From Candidatus Thalassarchaeum betae (GTDB lineage Archaea > Thermoplasmatota > Poseidoniia > Poseidoniales > Thalassarchaeaceae), in NCBI GenBank assembly GCA_003193925.1, contig PSPG01000009.1, forward strand, positions 1 to 63,577: a stretch of 63,577 bases of DNA, read 5' to 3'. The notes under the pieces were generated by a model that made no database searches, was not told the DNA's origin, and was given only the letters and a program-made list of their open reading frames with translations. The number at the start of each line of letters is the position of its first letter. The first letter of the stretch is position 1. Shown here one piece after another: positions 38,457 to 48,117 of this stretch. The position numbers and the translations under genes are program-made.

Positions 38457-39365
38457 TCACTCCTCTTCATCGGGGACAATCAGTCTCATTGGCCATTCCA
38501 GTCCATCGTACTCGATTGGGGGCCTTGAGAGAATCCTGTGAATCTCCGAGTCGGCTGCCTTGCGCTCGAAGAACGGGTCTTGGACGAAACCCGAGCGGTG
38601 CACCAGCGTCAGTCCCAGGAAGCAATCGCCATCGCGACTGATGCCACCGACGGCCAGATGACCGTGCTCGCATTGGGCTCTGCCTAGGGGTCCGGTGGTC
38701 CAATTCGCCGAAATCACCTCCCAGGAAGGGCCGAGGAGGCTTGAGGAATTCCAGTCGGATGCCTCGATCGGCAGCAGCCAGCGTGCTGGGGGGGTGGTCA
38801 AGATGTCTTGTATGAGCCCTATGGAACGGAACCAAGCTAGCCAGAACAGCGCGTAGGAGACCCAGCCGACCAGAGGGTCCACGACGATGTGGACCATGAA
38901 CACCAGTGCAGCCAGGGCGAAGGTCTGCCAGTCGAAGGGCAGTGAGAGCAGCCCACCCTCGGACATCGACTGGGCGTTCCGAGCCAGGTAAAGTGGGACC
39001 AGTACCAAGGCCCAGGAGATGGAGAATAACAGGGCTGCAACCTCCTGGTCGTTCGGTACCCTGTCGGGGAAGACGAGGGGCGCAGCGGTCAGCACGAGGA
39101 AGAACGGTGACCATGCCAGGGGTATGAGGATCGATGAGCTGATGGGCTCGTGACGCTGGCGGATCCAGCCCCTGCCGCCCTTCCTCGGAGAGCTGCTGAC
39201 CCAAGTGTCCGGAGGAGAGGTCTCTCCGGTCCTGAGGTCGGGGGGCCTCTCGCCCTTTCCCAACTTCCACCACTGGGAATTGCCCAGCAGCCAGTCGCGG
39301 TCCAGTCCTGCTTCCACAGGACTCGCAGAGGTCAACCGGTCTTCTCCGCTTCGGCTGGCTCTCAC
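38457..39365 (-). CDS. Hypothetical membrane protein (about 4 TM) coupled to gcvPB
   Basis: 3' part of track ORF 38457..39875. GTG at 39365 overlaps the gcvPB stop (GTGA). The upstream part is an overlap artefact. Confidence 0.7.
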   Translation of the reverse strand: MRASRSGEDRLTSASPVEAGLDRDWLLGNSQWWKLGKGERPPDLRTGETSPPDTWVSSSPRKGGRGWIRQRHEPISSSILIPLAWSPFFLVLTAAPLVFPDRVPNDQEVAALLFSISWALVLVPLYLARNAQSMSEGGLLSLPFDWQTFALAALVFMVHIVVDPLVGWVSYALFWLAWFRSIGLIQDILTTPPARWLLPIEASDWNSSSLLGPSWEVISANWTTGPLGRAQCEHGHLAVGGISRDGDCFLGLTLVHRSGFVQDPFFERKAADSEIHRILSRPPIEYDGLEWPMRLIVPDEEE

Positions 39366-40873
39366 TCGGGTCCGGGATGCCTTAGAACGAGGTTCCGTGC
39401 CGCCCACACCTCGTCGACCCGCCGCACGGCGGTGGTGTGCGGCGCGGTGGTGACGATATCCGGGTCCTCCGAGAGGATCTTGTGGAAGTCCGCGGCGAAG
39501 CGGTCTAGGACCTCCTTTGACTCGGTCTCTGTCGGCTCGATCATCAGGCACTCGGGGACGATCATCGGGAAGTACAGCGTCGGGGCCATCACACCGTAGT
39601 CGAGGAGTCTCTTCGCGATGTCTCTGCCCGTCACCCCAACCGCGTCCTTGAGGGGGCTCATGGACAGGGTGAACTCGTGCATGACGATGTCTGCGGGAGC
39701 CCCGTCGAGCGGCATTGCGTGCATGCCTGCCGCTGTCTCGGAGTCGGGATTCATGATGCGGTGGCGCAGGTAGTTGGCGTTGAGCACGGCGTGCTCGCTC
39801 ATCCTCTCCAGCTCGCGCCCGTACCTGCGGTAGAACGCCCAGGCACGAACCACCGCACCGGAGTTGCCGTGCCACTGCTGGACCTTGCCTATGCTCGCCT
39901 CGCCGACGTCGCGCCAGTGGTACCAGTATCCGTCACCGACCCCCGCGGGGTCGCCCCCAGTCCGCTCCCTGCGGTCTGCCACCGGCGAGGGCAGGAAGGG
40001 CGCTAGGTGCGATTTCACCCCGATCGGTCCGCTACCGGGACCGCCACCGCCGTGCGGCTGGCTGAAGGTCTTGTGCAGGTTGTAGTGGACGGCATCGAAG
40101 CCCATCCTGCCCGGATCGGTCTTGCCGAGGATGGCGTTGAAGTTGGCGCCGTCGTAGTACATCTGGCCGCCGGCACCGTGGACGATCTCAGTGACCTCAC
40201 AGATATCCGGCTCGAAGAGCCCGAGTGTCGAGGGATTGGTGACCATCATCGCAGCGGTGTCATCCCCGACGACCTCCCTGAGTGCTGCGAGGTCTAAGCG
40301 GCCGTCGGCACCGCTGGGGATCTCGATGATATCGTATCCGCACATCGCTGCGGAAGCGGGGTTGGTACCGTGCGCCGAGTCGGGCACGATGACCTTGTCT
40401 CGGTGGCCCTCGCCGATGCTGCGGTGGTACTCCTGGATGCAGCGCATCGATGTGAACTCGCCCTGGGCACCCGCGACCGGCTGGAGAGTGACCTCGTCCA
40501 TGCCGGAGCAGATGGCGAGCATCTCCTGCATCTCGTAGAAGATGGCTAGGAGGCCCTGGATCTGATGCTCGGGCTGCAGTGGGTGGATCCGGTCTATGCC
40601 CGGGAGCTGCACTATCCTCTCGTTGAGCCGGGGGTTGTGCTTCATAGTGCACGAGCCCAACGGGTAGAACCCGGTGTCGATGCCGAAGTTGCGGCTCGAC
40701 AGCCAGGTGTAGTGACGAACCAGCTCGGGCTCGCTGGCTCTAGGCCACGCTGGGGGCGATTTCCTGCGCATGACCTCGGGGACCGTGGACCAAGAGGCCT
40801 CGGAGTTCAACATAGGCTCGGGCTGGGACCAGCCCGCGCCCTCGGCGCCCTTGAATGCGAACAAATCGCTCAT
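39362..40873 (-). CDS. gcvPB: Glycine dehydrogenase subunit 2
   Basis: YPLGSCTMK, QPVAGAQGE, SAHGTNPASA, NLHKTFSQPHGGGGPG, MIEPTETES. Confidence 0.96.
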   Translation of the reverse strand: MSDLFAFKGAEGAGWSQPEPMLNSEASWSTVPEVMRRKSPPAWPRASEPELVRHYTWLSSRNFGIDTGFYPLGSCTMKHNPRLNERIVQLPGIDRIHPLQPEHQIQGLLAIFYEMQEMLAICSGMDEVTLQPVAGAQGEFTSMRCIQEYHRSIGEGHRDKVIVPDSAHGTNPASAAMCGYDIIEIPSGADGRLDLAALREVVGDDTAAMMVTNPSTLGLFEPDICEVTEIVHGAGGQMYYDGANFNAILGKTDPGRMGFDAVHYNLHKTFSQPHGGGGPGSGPIGVKSHLAPFLPSPVADRRERTGGDPAGVGDGYWYHWRDVGEASIGKVQQWHGNSGAVVRAWAFYRRYGRELERMSEHAVLNANYLRHRIMNPDSETAAGMHAMPLDGAPADIVMHEFTLSMSPLKDAVGVTGRDIAKRLLDYGVMAPTLYFPMIVPECLMIEPTETESKEVLDRFAADFHKILSEDPDIVTTAPHTTAVRRVDEVWAARNLVLRHPGPE

Positions 40874-42237
40874 GCGCCTGCCTCCTCAACCCAAGACGAC
40901 AGGCCTGTGACCAGAGCGGCGATGTCGGACTCGCTGGTGCGCTCGTCCGCACCGATGAGCAGGCAGGTCGACATGAAGTCCCACCACACACCGAGATCGA
41001 AACCCCCCAGCACCCCTTCGGAATCCAAGTGTGCCAGCGCGTCGGACGCCTCACCGGGTAACTTTACTGCGAACTCGCGGAAGTTGCTCGCACCGGGGTC
41101 GACCAATTCGATGCCGACAATCGCAGTGACGGCGGTCTTCGTGGCCTCGGTCGCAGCGGCGACCCTGAGAGCCAGCCTCTCGAGTCCGCGCGGGCCGAGC
41201 AGCGCCATGTGCATGGCGCCCATCAATGCGATGAGCGTCTCGTTCGAACAGATGTTCGACGTCGCGCGATGTCTGCGGATGTGCTGTTCGCGCGTAGACA
41301 GAGTGAGCGTGAATGCGCGCTTGCCGTCGACGTCCCTCGACAGCCCGACTATCCTGCCCGGCATCTGCCGGGTGTATCTCTCGCCGGCAGCGAAGATGCC
41401 GTAAATCGGCCCACCTGCGGTGGGTCCTATGCCGAATGGCTGGCCCTCGCCGACGACTATGTCAGCGCCCCAGGTTCCAGGTGGCTCGACGATCCCCAGA
41501 GAGACGGCGTCCACGCCGACGATGAGAGCGGTCTCCTCGCCGATGGCTTCCTTGAGCTGCATCAGACCCGGATCCAGGATCCCGAAGGAGCTAGGCTGTT
41601 CGACGTACACCGCGCAGCATCCGGCAGCCGCAGCAGCCGATTCCAGGTCTAAATGGCCGTCATGAAGGTGCTCGATCATCCTGATCTCGATTCCGCTTCC
41701 CTGAGTGTAGTTGCGAATCACCTCAAGCCTCTCGGGAGGCACGAAGCACGAGATGTAGACCACGCTCTTCTGCACGGCCTTGCGACCGTGGACCCGTACT
41801 GCACATGTGATTGCCTCGGCAGCCGCCGTCGAGGCGTCGTACATCGAGACGTTCGCTACCGGCAGGCCTACCAATTCGCTGACCATGGTCTGGAACTCCC
41901 ACATCGCCTGCAGCATGCCTTGGCTGACCTCGGGCTGGTAAGGGGTGTAGGAAGTCAGGAACTCGCCGCGCGTCGCGAGCATTCCGACCATGGTGGGGAC
42001 GAAGTTCCGGACTAGGCCAGCCGCGAGGAAACTGGGCCTCTGGTCGAGGGTCACATTGGCGTTCAGCAACCGCTGGGCGTCGGCCCAAATCTCCTCCTCG
42101 GACTGCGGCGCGCGCAGTGGTAGCGGAGCGTCGTGACGGATGGCTTCGGGTATGTTGGAGAACAGCTCGTCGATGGACTTCATGCCCATGGATTCGAGCA
42201 TCTCCTGCTCGCGTCCGAGATTCGGCAATTGGTCCAC
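40870..42237 (-). CDS. gcvPA: Glycine dehydrogenase subunit 1
   Basis: EFLTSYTPYQPEVSQG, NVSMYD, MPGRIVG, REQHIRRHRATSNICSN. Start uncertain (GTG 42237). Confidence 0.95.
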   Translation of the reverse strand: MDQLPNLGREQEMLESMGMKSIDELFSNIPEAIRHDAPLPLRAPQSEEEIWADAQRLLNANVTLDQRPSFLAAGLVRNFVPTMVGMLATRGEFLTSYTPYQPEVSQGMLQAMWEFQTMVSELVGLPVANVSMYDASTAAAEAITCAVRVHGRKAVQKSVVYISCFVPPERLEVIRNYTQGSGIEIRMIEHLHDGHLDLESAAAAAGCCAVYVEQPSSFGILDPGLMQLKEAIGEETALIVGVDAVSLGIVEPPGTWGADIVVGEGQPFGIGPTAGGPIYGIFAAGERYTRQMPGRIVGLSRDVDGKRAFTLTLSTREQHIRRHRATSNICSNETLIALMGAMHMALLGPRGLERLALRVAAATEATKTAVTAIVGIELVDPGASNFREFAVKLPGEASDALAHLDSEGVLGGFDLGVWWDFMSTCLLIGADERTSESDIAALVTGLSSWVEEAGA

Positions 42238-42361
42238 TGCATCCGGCTCCCGCCTCTCGGCGGCTCGAAGGGGATTAACGAGAGTCTTCAATGTTCGTCG
42301 GATTGGGCAGGGCCGGTCACCGACACACTCTTATTGGCCGGACGGAGTCAGTATCGATAGC

Positions 42362-43207
42362 ATGAAGGTAGCAATCTCAGCCTCGGATGCGTTCGTAGCA
42401 CCGTACATTACCGAGATGCTCGGCGACTCTGCCGTGGTAGTCCCTGACGAAGCCCTACAGGACTCCGCGTCACTGGACGGGATGCTCTCCCCATGCAGGG
42501 CGCTGATTCACATCAACTCGCGTCCTGCAGACACCTCCGTGGAGCGCACCGACAGAGAGGCTTACATCTCCATGAGGGAGGGCTCGAGACCGATTCTTGA
42601 CGCCGTCGACCGCCATGGCGGATTGCACCTGGTCATCCTAGGCACTCTCCGCGTCCATCCCCAGTGGCGTCCCGGCGACCCGTACTACGGACTCGAGTCG
42701 ACGCTGGCCCCGCGCGACGTGGCAGCGGAAGGGCAGTTGTGGATGGAGGAGAACGCGTTGGAAAGAGCGGAGACTGAACGTCCCGTCAGCATCATCCGAA
42801 CCTCTAACGTCCAAGGCGTACCCCTGAACGGTCCGCCGGGCAACGGTTTGCTCCATCGCTGGGCGGAGGAGTGCCAGATTGGCTGGATCAACATCCCAGG
42901 AGACGGCTCAGACGTCAAGGACTTCATCCACGTGCAGGACCTCGCCCGGGTCGTGGAGGCGGTCTTGGACGATCCGCCCCCGACCAGAGAGAGCGTCGCA
43001 GTCGGCTCGGGCAAGGGCATATCCATGGCCGACCTCGCAGCCGTCTACCAGAGCAACACTGGATGTGATACCGAGTTCGGCCAGAGCGACGCCGGCGAGG
43101 TGTTCGGGATAGTGGATGCCTGGGTCCTCGAGGAGAGGTTCGGGTTCAGGCCTCGGATCAGTCTCGAGGAGATGATGAGCGAGGCCTTCGAGGCCGTCGC
43201 TCGCTAA
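42362..43207 (+). CDS. NAD-dependent epimerase/dehydratase-like (extended SDR) protein, degenerate
   Basis: IIRTSNVQG, GDGSDVKDFIHVQDLA, VGSGKG.S, GFRP..SLEE. ATG 42362. Confidence 0.75.
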   Translation: MKVAISASDAFVAPYITEMLGDSAVVVPDEALQDSASLDGMLSPCRALIHINSRPADTSVERTDREAYISMREGSRPILDAVDRHGGLHLVILGTLRVHPQWRPGDPYYGLESTLAPRDVAAEGQLWMEENALERAETERPVSIIRTSNVQGVPLNGPPGNGLLHRWAEECQIGWINIPGDGSDVKDFIHVQDLARVVEAVLDDPPPTRESVAVGSGKGISMADLAAVYQSNTGCDTEFGQSDAGEVFGIVDAWVLEERFGFRPRISLEEMMSEAFEAVAR

Positions 43208-45459
43208 GCGTTGAGGATCAGGCGCTTGCGGATTCCGTTCCATCCGGCTATCGATGCCGTCAGTCTGTGCTCCGAGCCGCGTCGGTATGCCCCCGCATCG
43301 GCGTCGCTGCGCAGCCTGATCTCGATCTCGCCCACGTCGGCGACCTCGGCGACAATGGTGCTGCCGCCCCTGTAGGCGTCGTCCAACCCTATTCCGAATG
43401 TGCGCTCGGGCGCAGACGAGACCTTCATCGAGAAGTCATGCGGCTGCCCCTTGAGCGAGTCGACCAGTTTCCTCTGGTCACTCAGCATCCTCGCCTCAGC
43501 GAATGCAGCGACAATATCGCTGAGCCCTGCGGCGGCGGCCCGCGGGGCCTCGGAGGCATCGCCGGCCTGCTCCACGGCAGGCTGCCCGGTCTCAGTGGAC
43601 TCACGGGCGACCACAGCGTGCGAATGCTGCTTACGGGCGCGGACGGAGACCCTGTCGGGGACGGATACCCTCGGGGAGATGTTGACCCGATGGCTGTCGT
43701 GCCATTCCAATGAGCCTGAGCGCTCGGGGATGTTGACCCTGTCGGGGATGTCGACCTTGTCGGGGATGTCGACCTTGTCGGGGATGTGGACCTGTTCGGG
43801 GGCGGTGACGTGGTGCCTCTCGTGCCAACTATGAGAGCTGTCGTAGAGATATTCTTCGGATTCCGGCTCGGGCTCGAGCTCTGGGGGCGGCGGGGGCACC
43901 CGGTCCTGTGACTGATCCCTCATGTCCGCTGCGACCGCTCCAGCCACCCCTACAGCAGCTGCCCCGGCGGCGAGGGTCCCGGGGCTGGGCATCCTAGCCT
44001 CTATGCTGGCTTGGAAGGCGTCGGCACGGTCCCTCCACAACATACGCGCAGCGCTTTGCACCGAGAACGGCAGGTTGCCGATTTGCCCCTCTAACTCGGC
44101 ATCCGCGAGGGCCCTCGCGTCCTCGATGCTAACAGTGCTATTCTGAGCGGCCTGCTCCATGGCGTCTAGCACGCCTTCGAAGTTGGCAGCGAACTCGTCG
44201 AAGTCCCCGGACCAGCCTTCGGAGACCGAGATCCCGGTGCTGGCGAGAAGGCCGTAGCCGTTGTTGGCGAAGAAGCGCGCTTCGTAGTCCCCCTCTTCCA
44301 TTCCCCCAGAGAATGTGACTCTCCCCTCCCCCAGGCCTTGGCCCATGATTTGGGACCCGTTGACATAGAGCCAATTACCATAGTGATTGTCCCCATCAGA
44401 GGGCGCTTCTTTGCGATAGATGCCGATCCAGTCCTCGGCAGCCCCGGGTCCGTTGGAGAAGGAGACGGTGATCGGAGAGCCGGGCTTGAACCTGCCAGTC
44501 TCTGTGGATAGTGAGGCAGACGTGCTCACCGTGGAGCTCACCTCTACGGCGAAGGCCGCATAGGCCAGTTCGCGTCCGTTGAGGTCCGTGTCGTGCAGCC
44601 TCAGGGTCCACTGGCCGGGACCGGGGCTCGGGAGCGAGAAGGCGCCTCTCGTCCTGCCTTCGAGAAATTTGTAGCTGGAATCGTGCTCGTCGTTGACCGC
44701 CTCGTCGCCGTGTGGGATTTCCGCCGGGACGATTCCTATCCAGGCGTCATCGGACAGTTCGGGAACTATGAATGTGAAGTCGATGGACTCAGTGCTCTGG
44801 AAGGAGGACTTGGCCATCTTGAGCTCGATCCCCCCTGGGTCAGCGGAGTCGACCTCGGGAGCGCTCCCCCCGGAAGAGGAGATGGTTATCTTGCCTACGC
44901 CTACCCAGCGCCTCGTGCCAGTGGGCAGGCTGCCGTCCGACCTCGGTCGGGCCCAACCGCCCCTGTACCAGTCGTTGCTGCCATCTTGGTCACGGTCGTC
45001 GAGGCTCCAGGATGGTGCGCCGCCGCTGTTGGCGTTGTAGAAGTAGAGGCGGTTGCCTCGGTCGTTCTTGTACCAAGGCCTGCCGTTGATCTCGGAGTCC
45101 TGGAACTCGTATGCTCCGTTGTAGGAATCATTTGGGTGACCGGAGATGGAAACGCTGTCCCCCGCCGACAGGCCTTCGGATGGGCCGGTGTCCAAGAGAG
45201 CGAGCATCTCCTCCAAGTCGATCTTGCCGTCGGAATTGGTGTCAATGGCCCCCCACACCGCCCTGAGTATCATCGCGGGTGCCTGTTGGCCGGTTATCGA
45301 CTCGAGGGCGGCCTTGAACTCCGCCTCGGACAGAGAGCCGTCGCCGTTGAGGTCGTACTTGGAGAAAAGTGCCTCCGCGGTGACGCCTTTCCTGCGCATG
45401 ACCTCCTGCAGATTCTTGATCGCCACCGCCTCGATAGTACCTCGGGCGCCCTCTATCAT
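43204..45459 (-). CDS. EF-hand multidomain protein (2 EF-hands, two WIGI-type Ig/SKICH-like domains, low-complexity linker, possible C-terminal OB-fold)
   Basis: DLNGDGSLSEAE, DTNSDGKIDLEE, DAWIGIV, EDWIGIY..GDYEARFF. Confidence 0.8.
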   Translation of the reverse strand: MIEGARGTIEAVAIKNLQEVMRRKGVTAEALFSKYDLNGDGSLSEAEFKAALESITGQQAPAMILRAVWGAIDTNSDGKIDLEEMLALLDTGPSEGLSAGDSVSISGHPNDSYNGAYEFQDSEINGRPWYKNDRGNRLYFYNANSGGAPSWSLDDRDQDGSNDWYRGGWARPRSDGSLPTGTRRWVGVGKITISSSGGSAPEVDSADPGGIELKMAKSSFQSTESIDFTFIVPELSDDAWIGIVPAEIPHGDEAVNDEHDSSYKFLEGRTRGAFSLPSPGPGQWTLRLHDTDLNGRELAYAAFAVEVSSTVSTSASLSTETGRFKPGSPITVSFSNGPGAAEDWIGIYRKEAPSDGDNHYGNWLYVNGSQIMGQGLGEGRVTFSGGMEEGDYEARFFANNGYGLLASTGISVSEGWSGDFDEFAANFEGVLDAMEQAAQNSTVSIEDARALADAELEGQIGNLPFSVQSAARMLWRDRADAFQASIEARMPSPGTLAAGAAAVGVAGAVAADMRDQSQDRVPPPPPELEPEPESEEYLYDSSHSWHERHHVTAPEQVHIPDKVDIPDKVDIPDRVNIPERSGSLEWHDSHRVNISPRVSVPDRVSVRARKQHSHAVVARESTETGQPAVEQAGDASEAPRAAAAGLSDIVAAFAEARMLSDQRKLVDSLKGQPHDFSMKVSSAPERTFGIGLDDAYRGGSTIVAEVADVGEIEIRLRSDADAGAYRRGSEHRLTASIAGWNGIRKRLILNA
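43724..43801 (-). repeat. 18-nt tandem repeat, 4 copies, encoding V(H/D/N)IP(D/E)(K/R)
   Basis: tcggggatgtcgaccttg-type units at 43724, 43742, 43760 and 43778. Confidence 0.85.
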
Positions 45460-45528
45460 GGCTCGGGAAAAGGCTCTACAGCAATGAGGATTTTCCCGGC
45501 GACTCCTGACTCCATTGTCGCTTCTGAT

Positions 45529-46680
45529 CTAGACGAAAGGCGGTTGGCAGACTCGTGCCCTCACCCTCCTGCGGGGGCTCGCTTGGATCCAGACCTCCTG
45601 ACCTTGCTCGACTCCGTCGAGGTACGCCATGGCTATGCCCCTGCGCTCGAGGCTGGGAGAAGGGCCCCCGCTGGTGACGTAGCCGAGCGTCTCCGCTGCC
45701 TCGCCTTCACCGTTCAGCACGGCGTGTCCGGGTCTAGGCGATGGGCCCCGATCAAGGCACAGCAGGCCCTCCCACCTAGCTCCTGACTCGAGAGAGGCGA
45801 GTACCCTGTTCCTACCGACGAAGCCATGCTCGATATCCAGGCCGTATGGCACTGCGGTCTCGGCAGTGTCTCGCGCGAGGAAGTCCCCCGGCAGGTCTGC
45901 GTCTGGCTCTATGCCCAAGCCGGGCCAGAGGAAGTCTTGGCCCGACAGCAGGTACCCCTTCTCGAGGCGCAGGGTGTCCCTCGCGCCCAAGCCGACAGGG
46001 ACAAGGCCGGAAACCGCACCGGCCTCAAGTAGAGCTGACCACAGTCCGGGAGCGTCGCGGTTCTGGACGAAGATCTCCACCCCTGCCTCGCCGGTGTAAC
46101 CCGTACCCTGTATCCAACCGCCGATACCGAGGTCGTTAGCGGCGATGTCCTTGCATCGGAATCTGCCGACGGAATTACCCTCGCCCAAAACCTCCGTCAG
46201 GATGGCGGACGAAGACGGCCCTTGCAAAGCCAGTATGCTGGTCTTGTCGGACAGGTCTTCGATGGAGATCGAGGCGTCTTCGGGGAGCAGGTTGGTGAAC
46301 CAGTCTAGCATCACCTCGACCATGGATGCATTCGGGACGCCGAGCACCTCGGTATCTGACTTGACGGCGAAGATCATGTCGTCGATGATGCGGCCATCGT
46401 GATCCAGGAAGTGAGTGTACCCGCATCTCCCGCTTGCGAAGTTCAAGTACTCCTGAGTCGCAATGCCGCTCAACCATGACCGCACGCCCTCGCCCAAGAA
46501 TCGGAAGAAGCCCATGTGGGAGACGTCGAACAGCCCGGCAGCGCTTCTGGTCGCCAGATGCTCCTCCTGAATCGAGGAGAACCATATCGGCAGCTCGAAA
46601 CCGTGGAAGTCGACCATCTTGGCGTCCGTCTCGAGGTGAGACGCGTACAGGGCGGTCCTCTTCGGCGAGCCTCCTGACAC
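45529..46680 (-). CDS. gcvT: Glycine cleavage aminomethyltransferase T
   Basis: KRTALY, MVDFHG, GLFDVSHMG, TGYTGEAG.E, GLGARDTLRLEKG. Start moved to GTG 46680. Confidence 0.95.
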   Translation of the reverse strand: MSGGSPKRTALYASHLETDAKMVDFHGFELPIWFSSIQEEHLATRSAAGLFDVSHMGFFRFLGEGVRSWLSGIATQEYLNFASGRCGYTHFLDHDGRIIDDMIFAVKSDTEVLGVPNASMVEVMLDWFTNLLPEDASISIEDLSDKTSILALQGPSSSAILTEVLGEGNSVGRFRCKDIAANDLGIGGWIQGTGYTGEAGVEIFVQNRDAPGLWSALLEAGAVSGLVPVGLGARDTLRLEKGYLLSGQDFLWPGLGIEPDADLPGDFLARDTAETAVPYGLDIEHGFVGRNRVLASLESGARWEGLLCLDRGPSPRPGHAVLNGEGEAAETLGYVTSGGPSPSLERRGIAMAYLDGVEQGQEVWIQASPRRRVRARVCQPPFV

Positions 46681-46716
46681 GCGCAGAAGGAAAGCCGAGC
46701 GGTGCAAGAAGTTGTG

Positions 46717-46880
46717 GGCCAGTGTTTCCCGCCTCCCTACAACGGATAATCCCACACACCCCCCCACCGAAGGTGGAGGGGGGGTGTGTGTCCCTGCAAC
46801 CGGAGAGTTTGGATTGGCCGAGGTGGATCCTAAGAAGGGAAGTCCTGCCCTGTCCCTTCTCATTGGATGAAAGTCCGATG
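46717..46880 (+). other. Cluster of strong hairpins in the gcvT/tfb divergent intergenic region (candidate structured RNA or regulatory element)
   Basis: Inverted repeats at 46753-46790, 46833-46860 and 46861-46880, the last with a GAAA tetraloop. Confidence 0.45.
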
Positions 46881-46922
46881 GAGAAAACTTGCGAGCAGCG
46901 GTGAAAGAATGAACGTACAAGA

Positions 46923-46937
46923 GAAAGACTTAAATAA
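46923..46937 (+). promoter_or_regulatory. Putative BRE-TATA for tfb
   Basis: GAAAAGAC-TTAAATA about 35 nt upstream of ATG 46972. Confidence 0.5.
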
Positions 46938-46971
46938 GAAAGACTCTACTATACAACTGCGAGTTGAGAAG

Positions 46972-47982
46972 ATGGAACGAGCCACTGCTAGGCAGGCCAG
47001 CGATTCTGAGCGCACTTCCCGGAAGCGAAGCCGCTCTAAGCCGATTCGGCCTGCTCGACGCCCCTCTAGGGAGCGTGGCACAGAGTCCGTGGCAGGCCCG
47101 TGCAAGGTGTGCGGAGCCAATTCATGGGACACCGACGAGATCCGAGGAGAGACCTCGTGCTCCGAGTGCGGCTACGTAGCTGCAGAGAACATGATCGACC
47201 CTGGCGCCGAGTGGATAAACCACTCTGACGGCGATGACCGGAGCCGGGTCGGCGCACCTACCACACTCACACTCTCCGACAAAGGCCTGTCCACCGAGAT
47301 TCGACGCTCCGACCTGACTGCTGGGGCTGCCAGGCGCCACGGCATGAGCGGCAAGGGCCTGCGCGAGTGGAGGCGCCGGCAGCGCATCGATCAGCGCAGC
47401 AAGACCAGGGACAGCAGGAGTCGCAACCTCTCGAAGGCGATGCAGTTCATCCGCGACCGCGGGGACCTACCGTCTCAAATCGAGCAGGAGGCGGCCTCGC
47501 TGTACAGGCACTCTGTCGAGCGCGGCCTCGTCACCGGGCGGAGCATCCGTGGCGTCTCCGCGGCTTGCGTCTACATCGCCGCCAGAGAGGCCAAAATCCC
47601 TCGTAGGATTGAGGACATAGCCGCCGCCTTCGACATGATCAAGCCGGTCGAGGAGAAGGAGCTCAAGCGAACCATCAGACTCGTTGCAAGGATGCTCGGA
47701 ACGCACCACATCACCAGCCCTGACGAGTACTTCGAGAAGTTCCACTCCGACCTCGGCCTCCCGCCTTATGTGCTAGGGGAGGTCAGGGACCTGTGGGACA
47801 TGGTCAAGGACGACCTGTCGTGGCAGGGCAAGAAGCCCTCAGGCATCGCAGGTGTGATTATCTACAAGGCGTCCCAGAGCAGTTCCTCACCGAGAACGCA
47901 GAGCGAGGTCTGCGGGGTCTCTGGCATCAGTGAGGTCACCCTGCGCGGTCTGCTGAAGATACTGAACCAGCTTACAGCGTAG
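46972..47982 (+). CDS. tfb: Transcription initiation factor IIB (TFB), divergent, with Arg-rich N-terminal extension
   Basis: CKVC..CSECG Zn ribbon, IDPGAEW, RVGAP, DKGLSTEI, GRSI..V.AACVYIA, GKKPSG, RTQ.EV....SEVTLR. Confidence 0.93.
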   Translation: MERATARQASDSERTSRKRSRSKPIRPARRPSRERGTESVAGPCKVCGANSWDTDEIRGETSCSECGYVAAENMIDPGAEWINHSDGDDRSRVGAPTTLTLSDKGLSTEIRRSDLTAGAARRHGMSGKGLREWRRRQRIDQRSKTRDSRSRNLSKAMQFIRDRGDLPSQIEQEAASLYRHSVERGLVTGRSIRGVSAACVYIAAREAKIPRRIEDIAAAFDMIKPVEEKELKRTIRLVARMLGTHHITSPDEYFEKFHSDLGLPPYVLGEVRDLWDMVKDDLSWQGKKPSGIAGVIIYKASQSSSSPRTQSEVCGVSGISEVTLRGLLKILNQLTA

Positions 47983-47989
47983 AGTGAGA

Positions 47990-48066
47990 TGGTGGACGCT
48001 GGGGGATTTGAACCCCCGGCCCCCTGGTTGCAAACCAGGTGCTCTTCCAAGCTGAGCTAAGCGCCC
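47990..48066 (-). tRNA. tRNA-Ala(TGC), CCA encoded
   Basis: GGGCGCT/AGCGTCC acceptor stem with G3:U70, CCTGG-TTTGCAA-CCAGG anticodon arm. Confidence 0.97.
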
Positions 48067-48117
48067 TACGAGCGGTCGAATCGGCTGAGGTTCTTGAGTG
48101 CAACCGTCGAGAGGGAC

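Noticed and set aside
39366-39875. 5' extension of ORF 38457..39875
   Set aside because: Alternate-frame overlap with gcvPB, giving Arg-rich nonsense sequence.
46681-46920. Glycine riboswitch or RNase P RNA upstream of gcvT
   Set aside because: CACCGAAG and GGAGAG are on the wrong strand and in the wrong order for a gcvT riboswitch, and the GAAGTCC-like words lack the RNase P 3' partner. Kept only as an unclassified structured element.
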